Positions 16,872 to 24,801 of a stretch of 31,762 nucleotides of DNA are shown here, piece after piece (the stretch's first letter is position 1; each line of letters starts with the position of its first letter). The notes below the pieces were generated by a model. It was not told the DNA's origin. It ran no database searches and was given only the letters and a program-made list of their open reading frames with translations. A program made the position numbers and the translations under genes. The DNA comes from a bacterium. GTDB lineage: Bacteria; Arandabacterota; Arandabacteria; Arandabacterales; JALGWA01. The stretch covers positions 1 to 31,762 of the forward strand of contig JASFEA010000017.1 of assembly GCA_050125095.1 (NCBI GenBank), given 5' to 3'.

Positions 16872-18287
16872 ATGAAAAGCACTGTTCTCACATTCTGTCT
16901 CATGGTGGCGCTTGTTGCGCTGTCCGGAGCGGGCGCGCCGTCGCTTGCCCTGGATAACTTGCTCGCCAATCCCGGATTCGACGCCAATGGCGGTTCTTAC
17001 GACGGCTGGTTCACATTCGGAGACGGCGTGCAGCTCTCCACAACTGAGACTGACAACATCATCCGCTCGGGTGCAGCAGCTTCCAAGATCTACGGGGAGT
17101 TCACCGACTGCCCCGGCTCGAACTTTTACAAGGTAGGGGGCTACGGCCAGGCATTCACCCCCACCCCGGGCATGGTATACCGGTTCAGCGGTTACTCGTA
17201 TGTTTCCAGCAGCGATGCGATTCCCGGGACTGATACATGTAACAAGAACCGTTGCATCGCGAAGGTTGTATTCTGGAACGCCGACTCGGCCGGTACCGAA
17301 ATCTCCTCCAGCGAGGTCGTTATTGGCGACGGAAACTCAATAACGGATCAGTGGAACGAGTTCACCGTATCGGCGCCGGCACCGGTTGGGGCCTTGCGTG
17401 TGGAGGCTCTTGTCCTCTTCCTCCAGCCGGAGTGTGATACGGGCTCGGTCTTCATCGACGACACCAGGTTTTTTGAGCTGTCGCCGACGGCGGAGCCCAA
17501 TCTGCTCGCCAACCCGAACTTCGACGGGGGCCTGACCGGTTGGAACACCTTCAGCAACGTGTACTACGACGCGCGTAACTGGGCGGTGCGGACACCTATG
17601 GGTAGCGCCAAGATGTTCTCGTCCTTTGACGACAGCTCGGACACGGGAATGTTTCAGACGTTCGCAGCTACGGCCGGACTATGCTACCAGCTCGACGTCC
17701 ACACTTTGAACACCTGCCGGGAGGACCCGATATACGGGACCAACGACAATTTCGCGATCGCTCAGATCCTCTTCGTCGACGTGAATGGTGATAGCATCGG
17801 CGGGGATCAGATCGTGATCGCTGATAACACTTCGCCCCTTGGCAAGTGGACAAAGACGACGCTTATCGCCGGTGCTCCTGCGGGAACGGACTCGGTGCAC
17901 GCCTTCTTCCTTTTCATTTCGCCGACTCTTCAGAATGGGGCCTTCTGGTTCGATGACGCCTCCTTCCGGGAGTTGCCAGGCGCGGGCGTTCCGGTAAAGC
18001 CGAACCCCGTGGGCGCCACACTCTACCAGAATGCGCCGAATCCATTCAGCCCGACGACAAAGATCAGGTTCGATCTGGCGCGGGCTGGACATGTGAAGAT
18101 CTGCGTCTACAATGTGAAGGGTGAGCTCGTTTCCACCCTCGTCGACGGTGAAATGGCCCAGGGACTGCAGGAGGTCAGCTGGACCGCGATGGACGACAAT
18201 GGCGAGGAGGCAGCAAGCGGCATCTACTTCTATCGCCTCGTGACCGAAGACTCGGTACAGACGATGAAGATGATGCTATTGCACTAG
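16872..18287 (+). CDS. Secreted protein with two tandem CBM-like modules and a FlgD/T9SS-like C-terminal domain
   Basis: ATG 16872 after AGGAGG; signal peptide; repeats NLLANPGFD...FIDDTRF and NLLANPNFD...WFDDASF; tail LYQNAPNPFSPTTKIRF...ASGIYFYRL...QTMKMMLLH. Confidence 0.82.
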   Translation: MKSTVLTFCLMVALVALSGAGAPSLALDNLLANPGFDANGGSYDGWFTFGDGVQLSTTETDNIIRSGAAASKIYGEFTDCPGSNFYKVGGYGQAFTPTPGMVYRFSGYSYVSSSDAIPGTDTCNKNRCIAKVVFWNADSAGTEISSSEVVIGDGNSITDQWNEFTVSAPAPVGALRVEALVLFLQPECDTGSVFIDDTRFFELSPTAEPNLLANPNFDGGLTGWNTFSNVYYDARNWAVRTPMGSAKMFSSFDDSSDTGMFQTFAATAGLCYQLDVHTLNTCREDPIYGTNDNFAIAQILFVDVNGDSIGGDQIVIADNTSPLGKWTKTTLIAGAPAGTDSVHAFFLFISPTLQNGAFWFDDASFRELPGAGVPVKPNPVGATLYQNAPNPFSPTTKIRFDLARAGHVKICVYNVKGELVSTLVDGEMAQGLQEVSWTAMDDNGEEAASGIYFYRLVTEDSVQTMKMMLLH

Positions 18288-18319
18288 TACTCACCGCTTC
18301 TATGCAAGCGGTTCTTGAG

Positions 18320-18364
18320 GGAACCCGGTTGCCGAGCCTCAGAACGGCTGGGCGGCCGGGTTCC
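18320..18364. terminator. GC-rich hairpin between convergent genes (probable terminator)
   Basis: GGAACCCGGTTGCC (18320-18333) pairs with GGCGGCCGGGTTCC (18351-18364) with two G-U pairs, plus inner AGCC/GGCT. No long U-tract. Confidence 0.55.
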
Positions 18365-18468
18365 TGCTTCCCGGCGCGAAACGTTCCAGGTAGTGGCCGG
18401 CGTGTGCAACGGCCCGGTCGGCAAGAGACCTGTATCTTATAGGATACGGGGAAAATGCTGCTGATGTG

Positions 18469-19464
18469 TCAAAGGACACGCGTAATCTCGTCCACCCCTG
18501 CCGGAGGTAGGGGACGCGCTTTGCCTCCTTTCAAGAGCCGGAGCCGGGTCCCGGCAATGCGCCCTATTTCGGCGCATTCGATGTGTTTACGCCTGATAGC
18601 CATGGATATGCGCTTAGCGCTCCTGGGCGAAGCGACTATAAGAAGCGAGCCGGAGGCGATGAGACCGAGGGGATCGAGGCCGAAGTCCTTACATATCTCC
18701 TTCGTTTGCTCATATACCGGAATCCTGTCTTCATGAATCTCGACTCCCAAACCCGTTACAAAGGACAGCTCGCGGACAGCGGATATCAGTCCGCCCTCGG
18801 TGGGGTCGTGCATGGCGTGGACGGGTGCGGTCTCCACAGCCGCCATGGCCTCGGGGACAACGCTTATGCCGGGACGAAAGAGCATCGACCTCGCCCTTGC
18901 CGCTCGGCGCATGCCCAGAATTCGCTCCGCCCTGCGGCGCCTCTCCCGGGCGATGATGGCCGTTCCCTCCACTGCCAGGCGCTTGGTGAGAAGCACCACA
19001 TCCCCTTCCCGCGCCCTCTCGGGACGCACGAGCTTCCTGCGGGACACCGTCCCCAGCATGGTTCCCACCATGACCGGCCTGGTGACGCCCGAAGTCACTT
19101 CGGTATGTCCGCCCGCCAGCGAAACACCAATCGACCTGCAGGCAGCGGCAAGGCCCTCGAAGATGCCGGCGACCTTGCGGCTGTCGAACCCATCCGGAAG
19201 CATGAGCGACGCCAGAAACCACCTCGGCCGCGCGCCCATGGTCGCGACGTCATTGGCATTCACATGAACGGCATAGTAACCCAGGTTCTCGGATGTGAAT
19301 GTGATGGGATCGGTAGAGGCGACAAGCACTTGACCGCGCGTATCGAGCGCGCAGGCGTCTTCACCCAGAGCGGGGCCCACAATGACGCCGGGCCCCCCCG
19401 GCGCCTTGGCCAGAAGCCGCCTGAGGGCGGCATGGGGGAGTTTGCCTACTACGAGCCGCGCCAT
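18469..19464 (-). CDS. AIR synthase-related (HypE/PurM-like) protein
   Basis: VGKLP, GPALGEDACAL, STDPIT, VNANDVATMGARPRW, LAGGHTEVT, AMHDPTEGG, GLDPLGLIASGSLL. Confidence 0.85.
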   Translation of the reverse strand: MARLVVGKLPHAALRRLLAKAPGGPGVIVGPALGEDACALDTRGQVLVASTDPITFTSENLGYYAVHVNANDVATMGARPRWFLASLMLPDGFDSRKVAGIFEGLAAACRSIGVSLAGGHTEVTSGVTRPVMVGTMLGTVSRRKLVRPERAREGDVVLLTKRLAVEGTAIIARERRRRAERILGMRRAARARSMLFRPGISVVPEAMAAVETAPVHAMHDPTEGGLISAVRELSFVTGLGVEIHEDRIPVYEQTKEICKDFGLDPLGLIASGSLLIVASPRSAKRISMAIRRKHIECAEIGRIAGTRLRLLKGGKARPLPPAGVDEITRVL

Positions 19465-19465
19465 G

Positions 19466-19717
19466 CTAGTCTTCGTCTAGCCTTATCTCAAACGTGAGCC
19501 CCGTATCATCCGGGCAGCAGGCGTACCCGACCTTGGGATTGTCTTCCCAGAAGAACTCGCCGCCGCAGGCAAGGGTAAGTATCTGGGGAAAGAGCGCATT
19601 GAAAGCCGAAGTGCAGATGCCTTCAGGCGTGAGTTCATCCACCACCCACGAGTCCCCCACCTTGTGGAAGTTCTGATTGCATTTGCCTTCCGTCACCGTG
19701 ATTCTGACCTTCTTCAT
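19466..19717 (-). CDS. Small Cys-containing protein, TIGR04076-like
   Basis: 83 aa: KVRITV..GKC...HKVGD...PEGICTSAFNALFP....L..GG.F.W...ACCPD....FEI; RBS AAGGAG upstream. Confidence 0.75.
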   Translation of the reverse strand: MKKVRITVTEGKCNQNFHKVGDSWVVDELTPEGICTSAFNALFPQILTLACGGEFFWEDNPKVGYACCPDDTGLTFEIRLDED

Positions 19718-19762
19718 TACCGCTCTCCTTCTTTAGAGGACACCGGGCCGCGGCGCGCCCCC

Positions 19763-21145
19763 TTACTCGGACTTCTGGATGAAAGCCTTGGACTTCCACC
19801 CGCCGCGCCTGAAGATCACGTACATGACCACAGCCCGGCCTATCCAATCCAGCAGTGTACCGTACCACACTCCCTTGAGTCCAAGACCAAATGGTATGGC
19901 CAGGAGATAGACAAGCGGCAGCCTGAACAGGAATGTCCCCACAAGGGCTACGATCATCGGGCTGCGCGTGTCGCCGGCCCCGCGGAGACCGCCTGCATAA
20001 GTGAAGATGAAACCGAGCGGCACGAGCTCGAATGCGGCGATGACGAGGCAGGCGAGCGCGAGGCCGTATACCTCGGGCTCGGGATTGAAGATCTCGAGCA
20101 CCGGTTTTCTCACCAGGAGGAGTATCACGCCCATGGCGGCCATGGCGGAGACCGAGAGCTGAGCCGTGACGTTGGCCTTCTTTTCCGCCTCCACGTAATC
20201 TCGCCGCCCCACCGCCTGGCCCACCAGGGTCGTGGATGCAACCGTAAACCCGAATCCCACGTTAAGCGCCACTGACTCGAGGCGCATGGCCATCACATTT
20301 GCCGCCAGCGCAATGGTGCCGAGTGAGGAAACCACGCGCATGTAGAAAACGAATCCCATCCTCATGATTATCTGTTCACCCGCGACAGGCATGGCGAGCG
20401 CGAACAGACGCTTCAAGAGGTCGCGCCGGGGGCGGAACAGAGCCGGGCGCTTGAGGCTCATGCCATCAAATCCGTGCACCAGCTTGGCAGAGACCATGAG
20501 CGCGTTGAGGCTGTATCCAACCACGGTGGCGAGCGCAGCCCCCTTGACTCCAAGCGCGGGGAAGCCCATGAGACCGAAGACGAGCACGGCGCTCAAGAGA
20601 ACCTTGACCGAATTGGCTATTGCGGTGAACACCATGGGCGTCCTGGTGTTGCCGACACCTTTCATGATCCCGCCTCCGGTCAGGGCGAGGGCATAGAGGG
20701 GCGCCGAGAGCAGCACAATGCCCATATACGTTGCACCCGCGCGCGCCTCCTCCCCTGTGAGGCCCATCAACTTCATGGTGAGTCCCGCCGCCGCAAACCC
20801 GGCGATGCCCGTCAGGAGACCGATGGCTACCGCGAGAAGCAAAGACTGGGCTGCCCCCTCCTCGCCCGCCCCCGGTTTTCCAGCGCCGGTGGCCTGGGCG
20901 ACTACCGTAGTTGACGCGATCGCAACCGAGTTGAAGAGCCCGACAAACATGAAGATGAGAGTGAAGGCCACGCTGACCCCTGCGACCTCCTCGGTACCCA
21001 CCCGCGAGATGAAAATGGTGTCGGCGAGCATGATGCCCGTCATCACGATGTATTCGATGGTCGCCGGCCAGGCTATGCCGATGGCGTGGGCTCTGATTCC
21101 CCTGGGCGGCCTCGGGGCCTGCACCGGCCCGGCTGTGTTCTCCAT
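19763..21145 (-). CDS. MATE family efflux transporter/flippase
   Basis: IAWP, ADTIFISRVG, KGVGNTRTPM, LGVKGAALAT, LRGAGDTRSPM, GLGLKGVW; about 12 hydrophobic segments. Start taken at MENTAG. Confidence 0.92.
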   Translation of the reverse strand: MENTAGPVQAPRPPRGIRAHAIGIAWPATIEYIVMTGIMLADTIFISRVGTEEVAGVSVAFTLIFMFVGLFNSVAIASTTVVAQATGAGKPGAGEEGAAQSLLLAVAIGLLTGIAGFAAAGLTMKLMGLTGEEARAGATYMGIVLLSAPLYALALTGGGIMKGVGNTRTPMVFTAIANSVKVLLSAVLVFGLMGFPALGVKGAALATVVGYSLNALMVSAKLVHGFDGMSLKRPALFRPRRDLLKRLFALAMPVAGEQIIMRMGFVFYMRVVSSLGTIALAANVMAMRLESVALNVGFGFTVASTTLVGQAVGRRDYVEAEKKANVTAQLSVSAMAAMGVILLLVRKPVLEIFNPEPEVYGLALACLVIAAFELVPLGFIFTYAGGLRGAGDTRSPMIVALVGTFLFRLPLVYLLAIPFGLGLKGVWYGTLLDWIGRAVVMYVIFRRGGWKSKAFIQKSE

Positions 21146-21258
21146 ATACCTATCCCCGCAAAGACCCGCCAAACTCCCCCCAGAATAACCACCCGTTGCG
21201 GAGGAAGCAAGGACTCAGGGTCTTGCAGCCCGGCCCCGATTGCTTTATCCTTATGCTC

Positions 21259-21750
21259 ATGAAGCCTGTTCATGTAGAAAAGCCCGTATCCCTGGTTCTG
21301 GCGTGCGTGCTCGCGGCGGCATTGCCCATGTGCGACTGCTCCAGAGAGGCGCCGAAAGATCTCCGGCAGGCCAGGGCCAGATACGAGGCGGGCGCGAGCC
21401 TTATCAATCAGCGGCAATACGACAGAGCTATAGAGGAGTTCGAGCGGGCACTAGAGTTCGATCCCGATTACGCCGAGGCCTACTGCGACAGGGGCATCGC
21501 GCGCTACATGAGAGGCGAGCACGAGAAGGCCTTCGAGGACTTCGAACTGGCCATCGAGAAGGACCCGACACTCGGCAAGGCCCACTTCCACCGGGCCATG
21601 CTCCTTGACATGAATGGGAAAACGGGTGAAGCGATTGAAGCCTACGAGAGTTTCATCCGCCACTCACAGCGTTCGCCTGAGGTGTATGTCAAGAGGGCCA
21701 ACAAGCGCCTGACCGAGCTCAAACAGGGCGCTACGCCACTCGAGCGTTAA
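21259..21750 (+). CDS. Exported tetratricopeptide-repeat protein
   Basis: Hydrophobic N-terminus with Cys, then three TPR-like units (YDRAIEEFERALEFDP, AEAYCDRG...AIEKDP, KAHFHRA...EAIEAYESFI). Start uncertain. Confidence 0.8.
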   Translation: MKPVHVEKPVSLVLACVLAAALPMCDCSREAPKDLRQARARYEAGASLINQRQYDRAIEEFERALEFDPDYAEAYCDRGIARYMRGEHEKAFEDFELAIEKDPTLGKAHFHRAMLLDMNGKTGEAIEAYESFIRHSQRSPEVYVKRANKRLTELKQGATPLER

Positions 21751-21822
21751 GTTTCGGGGCAGATACCCGGTGCAGACTTCCGGAATCTTCGGGCCGGACT
21801 CGATTCCCGGGGGCCAGCCCCC

Positions 21823-21859
21823 TGTGCATTTCAAGACCTGACCCCTAAGACCTGACCCC
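21823..21859 (+). repeat. 23-bp repeat copy 1 (TGTGCATTTCAAGACCTGACCCC) with tandem duplication of AAGACCTGACCCC
   Basis: 21823-21845 is identical to 24765-24787; the 13-mer occurs at 21833-21845 and again at 21847-21859. Confidence 0.85.
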
Positions 21860-21964
21860 ATCGACTCATACCATTGACTTTCAAACCGGGGCGTGGTTGA
21901 ATATTGCCTGTCTGCTAACCATCAATCTCCCTGATACCGACTTGGTTTTGGAAGGAGGCGGCAT

Positions 21965-23395
21965 TTGAAGAACGCGCTGAAGAACGTGCTTGACGCGATC
22001 AAGCAGAAGGTTGACTACGCTGACGTGAGGCTGCTCACATCGCGCATAGAGAGGCTCAAGGTCAAGAACGGGTCGGTTGACTCGATCAGCGACTCATCCT
22101 CGAAGGGCTTCGGCTTCAGGGTCATCGTCGACGGCTGCTGGGGATTTTCCTCGAGCTCGGTGCTTTCGGAGGAGGAAGCGGCAAGGGTGGCTGAGGAGGC
22201 GATAGAGATTGCCAGGGCGACCAGGCTCGCCAAGACTTCCGACGTCGACCTCGGCGAGCCCGAGACCGCGGTAGACACTTATGAGACGAGGATCGCGAGG
22301 GACCCGTTTGCCGTTCCGCTGGAGGATAAGATCGCGGTGCTTCTCGAGGCCGACAGGATCATGGGGGCGAATCCCGCAATCAAGACGCGGGAGTGTTCAT
22401 GCAATTCGTTCCTCACGGACAAGGTCTTCCTGAGCACCGAGGGCGCCGATATAACGCAGAAGATCATTGAATGCGGCGGCGGCATCACGGCGATAGCGGT
22501 CGGGGACGACGACGTGCAGAAGCGGTCGTACCCCAACTCCTGGGGCGACACGGCCACGCGCGGCTTCGAGTTCTTCGAGGGGCTCGACCTGGCCGGAAAC
22601 GCCGAGCGCACGGCGGAGGAGGCGGCAGCGCTTCTCAAGGCCCCCGTCTGCCCGTCAGGCGAAACAACACTCATAATAGGCGGCTCGCAGCTGGCCCTCC
22701 AGGTGCACGAGTCATGCGGGCACCCCGTCGAGCTCGACAGGGTGTTCGGCATGGAGGCCAGCTTCGCCGGCACCAGTTTTCTCACGGTAGAGAAGATGGG
22801 CAACTTCAGGTACGGCTCCGACAAGGTGTTCATGACGGCAGACGCCACATGCGAGGGCGGCCTGGGCACGTTCGGCTACGATGACGAGGGCGTGCCGGCC
22901 CAGCGGACGCCCATAGTCGAGGCCGGGAACTTCTCAGGCTATATCACGTCGCGCGAGACGGCCTCGAAGCTCAAACAGCGGAGCAACGGCTGCATGCGTG
23001 CAGACGGCTGGAACCGCATCCCTCTCATAAGGATGACCAACATCAACCTTGAGCCGGGCGACTGGGACTACGACGAGCTCATAAAGGACACCAGGGACGG
23101 CATACTGGTCGACACCAACAAGAGCTGGAGCATCGACGACAAGCGGCTCAACTTCCAGTTCGGCACCGAGGTCGCGTATAAGATCAAGAACGGCAAGATA
23201 AAGGAAATGCTGAAGAACCCCGTCTACAGCGGCATCACACCGCAGTTCTGGGGAAGCTGCGACGCTGTCTGCAGCGACAAACACTGGCATATCTGGGGAG
23301 TCCCCAATTGCGGCAAGGGCGAGCCCATCCAGCTCGCGCATGTCGCCCACGGGACTTCGCCGGCGAGGTTCAGAAACGTAAGGGTAGGTGCATGA
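21965..23395 (+). CDS. tldD: TldD metalloprotease subunit
   Basis: TTG after GGAGG; DYADVR, GFGFRVIVDGCWGFSS, metal motif HESCGH, FGYDDEG, PLIRMTNINLEPG, CGKGEP. Confidence 0.9.
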   Translation: MKNALKNVLDAIKQKVDYADVRLLTSRIERLKVKNGSVDSISDSSSKGFGFRVIVDGCWGFSSSSVLSEEEAARVAEEAIEIARATRLAKTSDVDLGEPETAVDTYETRIARDPFAVPLEDKIAVLLEADRIMGANPAIKTRECSCNSFLTDKVFLSTEGADITQKIIECGGGITAIAVGDDDVQKRSYPNSWGDTATRGFEFFEGLDLAGNAERTAEEAAALLKAPVCPSGETTLIIGGSQLALQVHESCGHPVELDRVFGMEASFAGTSFLTVEKMGNFRYGSDKVFMTADATCEGGLGTFGYDDEGVPAQRTPIVEAGNFSGYITSRETASKLKQRSNGCMRADGWNRIPLIRMTNINLEPGDWDYDELIKDTRDGILVDTNKSWSIDDKRLNFQFGTEVAYKIKNGKIKEMLKNPVYSGITPQFWGSCDAVCSDKHWHIWGVPNCGKGEPIQLAHVAHGTSPARFRNVRVGA

Positions 23396-24738
23396 TGCTA
23401 GGTGAAGCCAAGGCAATAGAGCTCCTGAAGAAGGTGATCTCGCTGACGGAGGCCGATCAGGCTGAGGCCCTGGTGATGTCCGATAAGACGGGCCTTACGC
23501 GGTTCGCCAATTCGACGATACATCAGAACGTCTTCGAGAAGGACGCCGTAGTATATCTGCGCGCGGCTGTCGGCAAGAAGATAGGCGTGGCATCATCCAA
23601 TCTTCTGGACGAGGACTCGCTCAAGAAGCTCGCGCGCACGGCTGTGGAGATCGCCAGGTCCCAGGTAGACAACCCGGACTTCGAGGCCTTCCCGGCATCC
23701 CCCAGGGCGGAGAAGGTGGACGCCTATTTCGAATCCACCGGCGAGTGCCCACCCAAGCGGCGGGCTGAGAATGTAAAGGCCGTGATAGACGCCGCCAACA
23801 AGATGAACTTCCTGGCCGCCGGCTCTCACTGGACGGCTGCGAAGGAACTGGCGGTGGCCAACTCGGCAGGCACAGAGCAATACCACAAGTACAGCGCCGG
23901 GTACCTCAACACCGTCATAATGTCGCCTACGAGCTCGGGATACGCCGACGGTTCGTTCCTCGACATCGACGATTTCGATTCGGCGAGCCTGGGAGACGAG
24001 GCCGCACGCATCTGTGCGGCCAGCCAGGACCCCCGGGAGATCGATGAGGGCGCGTACGACGTTGTTATCTCCGAGGCGGCCCTGAACTCCATACTCGACT
24101 GGCTGGGATACATAGGCTTCGGCGCAGACTGGTTCCAGGAGGGCCGGAGCTTCATGGCCGGCAATATCGACGAGAAGATAATGGGGAACAACATCTCCAT
24201 GTGGGACGACGGATTCGATCCTGCCGGGCTTCCCATGCCGTTCGACTTCGAGGGGGTGCCGAAGCAGAGAGTCGACCTCATTCACAAGGGCGTCGCAAAG
24301 AGCGTCGTCCACAATACCGTGTCCGCCAAGCGCGGTGGAGTCCGCTCCACCGGCCATGCGCTCCCCCCGGGCGAGCAGGTAAACGCGCTTCCGCTCAACA
24401 TGTTCGTGGGGACCGGAGACAGCACCAGAGAAGAGATGGTCCAGTCCATGGACCGGGGCATACTGGTGACGAGGTTCCACTACATCAACGGGCTCCTGGA
24501 CCCCAAGCGCGCATTGTTCACGGGGATGACCAGGGACGGCACGTTCTTCGTGGAGAACGGCAAGATCGCTTATCCCTTAAAGAACATGAGATTCACGCAC
24601 AGCATGCTCGAGGCTCTTTCGAATGTGGAGATGATCTCGAAGCAGGCCAAGCTCAATATCTCGACCTGGCAGGGCGCGGCCGTGGTGCCCGCCATGAAGA
24701 TAAAGGGCTTCAATTTCAGCGGAAAGACGGAGTTCTAG
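23392..24738 (+). CDS. pmbA: TldE/PmbA subunit
   Basis: ATGA overlap with tldD; LTRFANSTIHQN, PFDFEGVP, STGHA, TGMTRDGTFFVENGKI, PAMKIKGFNFS; lacks HExxxH. Confidence 0.85.
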   Translation: MMLGEAKAIELLKKVISLTEADQAEALVMSDKTGLTRFANSTIHQNVFEKDAVVYLRAAVGKKIGVASSNLLDEDSLKKLARTAVEIARSQVDNPDFEAFPASPRAEKVDAYFESTGECPPKRRAENVKAVIDAANKMNFLAAGSHWTAAKELAVANSAGTEQYHKYSAGYLNTVIMSPTSSGYADGSFLDIDDFDSASLGDEAARICAASQDPREIDEGAYDVVISEAALNSILDWLGYIGFGADWFQEGRSFMAGNIDEKIMGNNISMWDDGFDPAGLPMPFDFEGVPKQRVDLIHKGVAKSVVHNTVSAKRGGVRSTGHALPPGEQVNALPLNMFVGTGDSTREEMVQSMDRGILVTRFHYINGLLDPKRALFTGMTRDGTFFVENGKIAYPLKNMRFTHSMLEALSNVEMISKQAKLNISTWQGAAVVPAMKIKGFNFSGKTEF

Positions 24739-24764
24739 GTGAGCACGGAGCTCCAGGCCGTGAT

Positions 24765-24787
24765 TGTGCATTTCAAGACCTGACCCC
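24765..24787 (+). repeat. 23-bp repeat copy 2 (TGTGCATTTCAAGACCTGACCCC)
   Basis: Exact direct copy of 21823-21845, in the short gap between convergent genes. Confidence 0.85.
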
Positions 24788-24801
24788 GTTTTGTGCTCGG
24801 C

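Noticed and set aside
21823-21859. CRISPR-like repeat
   Set aside because: Only two adjacent 13-mers with a 1-nt gap; no spacers or cas genes.
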